From contig DASPSR010000028.1 of the NCBI GenBank assembly GCA_035623825.1, positions 38,778 through 102,777 of the forward strand: 64,000 nt of DNA, in the 5' to 3' direction. Under the pieces are notes generated by a model, which saw only the letters and a list, made by a program, of their open reading frames with translations, was not told the DNA's origin and made no database searches. Below are positions 61,582 through 64,000 of this stretch, one piece after another (position 1 is the stretch's first letter; every line of letters begins with the position of its first letter). A program made the position numbers and the translations under genes. This DNA comes from Nitrospirota bacterium. GTDB lineage: Bacteria > Nitrospirota > UBA9217.

Positions 61582-62538
61582 TTACCGCGGCTCCTTTTTT
61601 TTCTTGATGACCTCTTTCACAGCCGCTGCGATATCGACCGCCGACAAGCCGTAGTGCCTGAGGAGACCCTCCTGGTCTCCGGAGGTGCCGAAAACGTCCT
61701 TGACGCCGATGCGTACCATGGGTACGGGCGCAGACTCTGACAGTGCCTCTGCCACAGCCCCTCCCAAACCGCCGATGATCGAGTGCTCCTCCGCGGACAC
61801 GATCGCGCCGCACCGCTTTGCCGCGGCGAGGACCGCATGGGTATCAATCGGCTTGATGGTGGACATGTTGATCACGCCCGCGTCAATCCCTTCGGCCTTG
61901 AGCAGGTCGCGCGCCTTGAGCGCCTCAGCGACCATGATCCCCGTGGCGATGACCGCAGCGTCCTTGCCCTCGTTGAACACGTGGGCTTTGCCGATCCTGA
62001 ACTTGTAGTCCGGGCCGAAGATGACCGGCACCTTGTTCCTTCCCGTGCGCACATAGCAGGGCCCCTGGTGCTCGGCCGCGGCCTCAATGGCCTGCAGCGT
62101 CTCCACACCATCCGCAGGCACGATCACCGTCATGTGCGGAATCACCCGCATCACCGCGATGTCTTCTACCGACTGATGAGAGCCGCCATCCTCGCCGACC
62201 GTGACGCCGGCGTGGCTTGCCACGATCTTCACGTTCAGGTTCGGATAGCAGATGGATTGCCTCACCTGCTCCCACGCCCTTCCCGTGGCGAACACTGCGA
62301 AGGTGCTTACGAACGGGAGCTTCCCGCCGATGGCGAGCCCGGCGGCAGTGCCCATCATGTCCTGTTCGGCAATTCCTATGTTGAAAAACCGCGCAGGAAA
62401 CGCCTTGGCGAACTTTGATGTCTTCGTCGATCCCGACAGGTCCGCGTCCAGCACCACCACGTCGTTCCGTTTTCTCCCGAGGCTTACCAGCGCATCACCG
62501 TATGCATCTCTTGTCGCGACTTTCTGTGTTTGTGTCAC
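61582..62538 (-). CDS. Transketolase C-terminal subunit (split type)
   Basis: [17 protein letters not shown] and [10 protein letters not shown]. Confidence 0.95.
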   Translation of the reverse strand: MTQTQKVATRDAYGDALVSLGRKRNDVVVLDADLSGSTKTSKFAKAFPARFFNIGIAEQDMMGTAAGLAIGGKLPFVSTFAVFATGRAWEQVRQSICYPNLNVKIVASHAGVTVGEDGGSHQSVEDIAVMRVIPHMTVIVPADGVETLQAIEAAAEHQGPCYVRTGRNKVPVIFGPDYKFRIGKAHVFNEGKDAAVIATGIMVAEALKARDLLKAEGIDAGVINMSTIKPIDTHAVLAAAKRCGAIVSAEEHSIIGGLGGAVAEALSESAPVPMVRIGVKDVFGTSGDQEGLLRHYGLSAVDIAAAVKEVIKKKKEPR

Positions 62539-62638
62539 AGGTCCTCCAGAATATTTCTACAGGATGTCGGTATGGCTATCTAGACCTGAAATCCGGATAT
62601 CCCGTCAAAATGAATTCGCTATTTAAATGTGGTTCGGC

Positions 62639-63481
62639 CTACTTGCAAACAGTCTCTTCAGACAGCTCTTTCATCGCGATATCGAGCTCTTCTTTGGACG
62701 GCGTGGTCCCGTGGAACTCGACCTTCCCCTCGAACACCTTCGAGCCCTTGCCCTTGACCGTGCGGCAGACGATCATGGTAGGCCGTCCCTTTACGGTCTC
62801 GGCCCTGTCGAGCGCCGCCGTGATCGCGGCCATGTCATGGCCGTCGATGTCAAACACTTCCCAGCCGAAAGCGCGCCACTTGTCCGTAATCGGCTCTACG
62901 CCCATGACCTTTTCCACCGGGCCGTCGATCTGGAGTCCGTTGTTGTCCACGAGGGCGCAGACGTTGTCAAGCCTGTAGTGCGCCGCAGTCATCGCCGCCT
63001 CCCAGATTTGTCCCTCCTGGAGTTCGCCGTCGCCGAGCAGGGCGTAGATTCGGCTCGCGCTCTTGTCGAGCTTGTGCGCCAGCGCGAGCCCGTTAGCCAC
63101 GGACAGGCCCTGGCCGAGCGACCCCGTCGATATCTCGACTCCCGGCATGCATTTGCTGTCCGGATGGCCTTGGAGCCGCGAGCCCAGTTTCCGGAGCGTG
63201 CAGAGCTCGGCATGCTCGATGAAGCCGGCATGGGCCAGTGCCGTGTACAGGACCGGAGCCGCGTGTCCCTTGGAGAGGATAAAGTTATCCCGGTCCCGCC
63301 AGTCCGGCCGTTTGGGATCGAACTTCATCTTGTAGAAATAGAGCGCCGTCACGATGTCCGCGGCGGAGAGGCTTCCCCCGGTGTGGCCGGACCCGCACTC
63401 GGTCAGCATCTTCAAGATATCGATGCACACCCTTCTCGCTTTTTCCCTGAGCGTCTTTAACTGCTCTTCCGTCACTGCCAT
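62639..63481 (-). CDS. Transketolase N-terminal subunit (split type)
   Basis: SGHTGGSLS, LSKGHAAP, LQGHP, TGSLGQG, GDGELQEG and FHG. Confidence 0.96.
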   Translation of the reverse strand: MAVTEEQLKTLREKARRVCIDILKMLTECGSGHTGGSLSAADIVTALYFYKMKFDPKRPDWRDRDNFILSKGHAAPVLYTALAHAGFIEHAELCTLRKLGSRLQGHPDSKCMPGVEISTGSLGQGLSVANGLALAHKLDKSASRIYALLGDGELQEGQIWEAAMTAAHYRLDNVCALVDNNGLQIDGPVEKVMGVEPITDKWRAFGWEVFDIDGHDMAAITAALDRAETVKGRPTMIVCRTVKGKGSKVFEGKVEFHGTTPSKEELDIAMKELSEETVCK

Positions 63482-63602
63482 GCACCAATCCTCCTGGATC
63501 ATGTATTGATATGAAACCGATTTGCTCAATGTTTGTTATTCTGTTGAAGAGTTGATTGCCGATTCAACTCCTCCATTTCTAAACTCAAGCGATGCTATCG
63601 CC

Positions 63603-64000
63603 TCACTTCTCCTTTTCCTGCCCCTTCTGCTCCTGCGCGAGAAAGTCAAGGATAATGTCATCGAGGCCTTTCTCTTTCACTTCTCCTTTCAGCTCAGGCG
63701 AGGGAGACGGGCTGGCCGTGGCCGATTGCTCGGGGGAAGGCTCTTTGATTGAAGCTGCTTTAGGGGCAGGCTGCGTCGTCGACGGCTGCGCAGGCGCCTG
63801 GAGCTTGCCCTGCATCAGGTCGCGAATTATCTGCTTGTGCTGCTCCATCATGAGCTCCCGCACAACTTCTTCAAGACAATCGGCCCTGATGATGTCAGCG
63901 TAGCTCGTCTTGCGCGAGGCGAGAATCGCACCCTGGTGATACAGCAGAGACGTTATGGAAGGACTGTTGATTCCGCCGTCCTCGGTCTGGACGTGGTAGA
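63603..64000 (-). CDS. Conserved hypothetical protein, start outside window
   Basis: Frame open to the window end: YHVQTEDGG...GAILASRKTSY...LMMEQHK...LDDIILDFL. Confidence 0.7.
   Translation of the reverse strand, partial: YHVQTEDGGINSPSITSLLYHQGAILASRKTSYADIIRADCLEEVVRELMMEQHKQIIRDLMQGKLQAPAQPSTTQPAPKAASIKEPSPEQSATASPSPSPELKGEVKEKGLDDIILDFLAQEQKGQEKEK

Overview
GC-rich bacterial chromosome window, mostly housekeeping genes on the minus strand. Gene content and order suggest Nitrospirota or a deltaproteobacterium-like lineage (inference only). Core genes include secA, lptD, folC, murI, an amidase/GerMN pair, a DinG-type helicase, glgB, uvrA, a Mo-oxidoreductase/xdhC/mocA cluster, purH, tmk-holB-ricT-metG-tatD, groESL with CIRCE, ctpA-envC-ftsEX and a split transketolase. 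No rRNA, tRNA or CRISPR array was seen. Five items stand out. (1) Two diverged copies of a ~310-nt non-coding element (45820-46136 and 48747-49055) show compensatory base changes, their own -10 boxes and U-tails, making them a candidate undescribed large structured RNA; they bracket an amino-acid ABC transporter. (2) A coupled operon encodes a histidine kinase, a REC-TPR-HEPN(RxxxxH) protein and a membrane protein with a degenerate OmpA/MotB-like domain. (3) A fused transketolase lacking three canonical active-site histidines is translationally coupled to an R. rubrum-type RuBisCO-like protein, suggesting a new SAM by-product salvage route. (4) A tnpB-only IS200/IS605 element with IS608-type ends sits between the -35 and -10 boxes of that operon's apparent promoter. 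(5) A ~150-nt rod-like intergenic structure lies at 18493-18643. All calls come from reading motifs by eye; no database searches were run.
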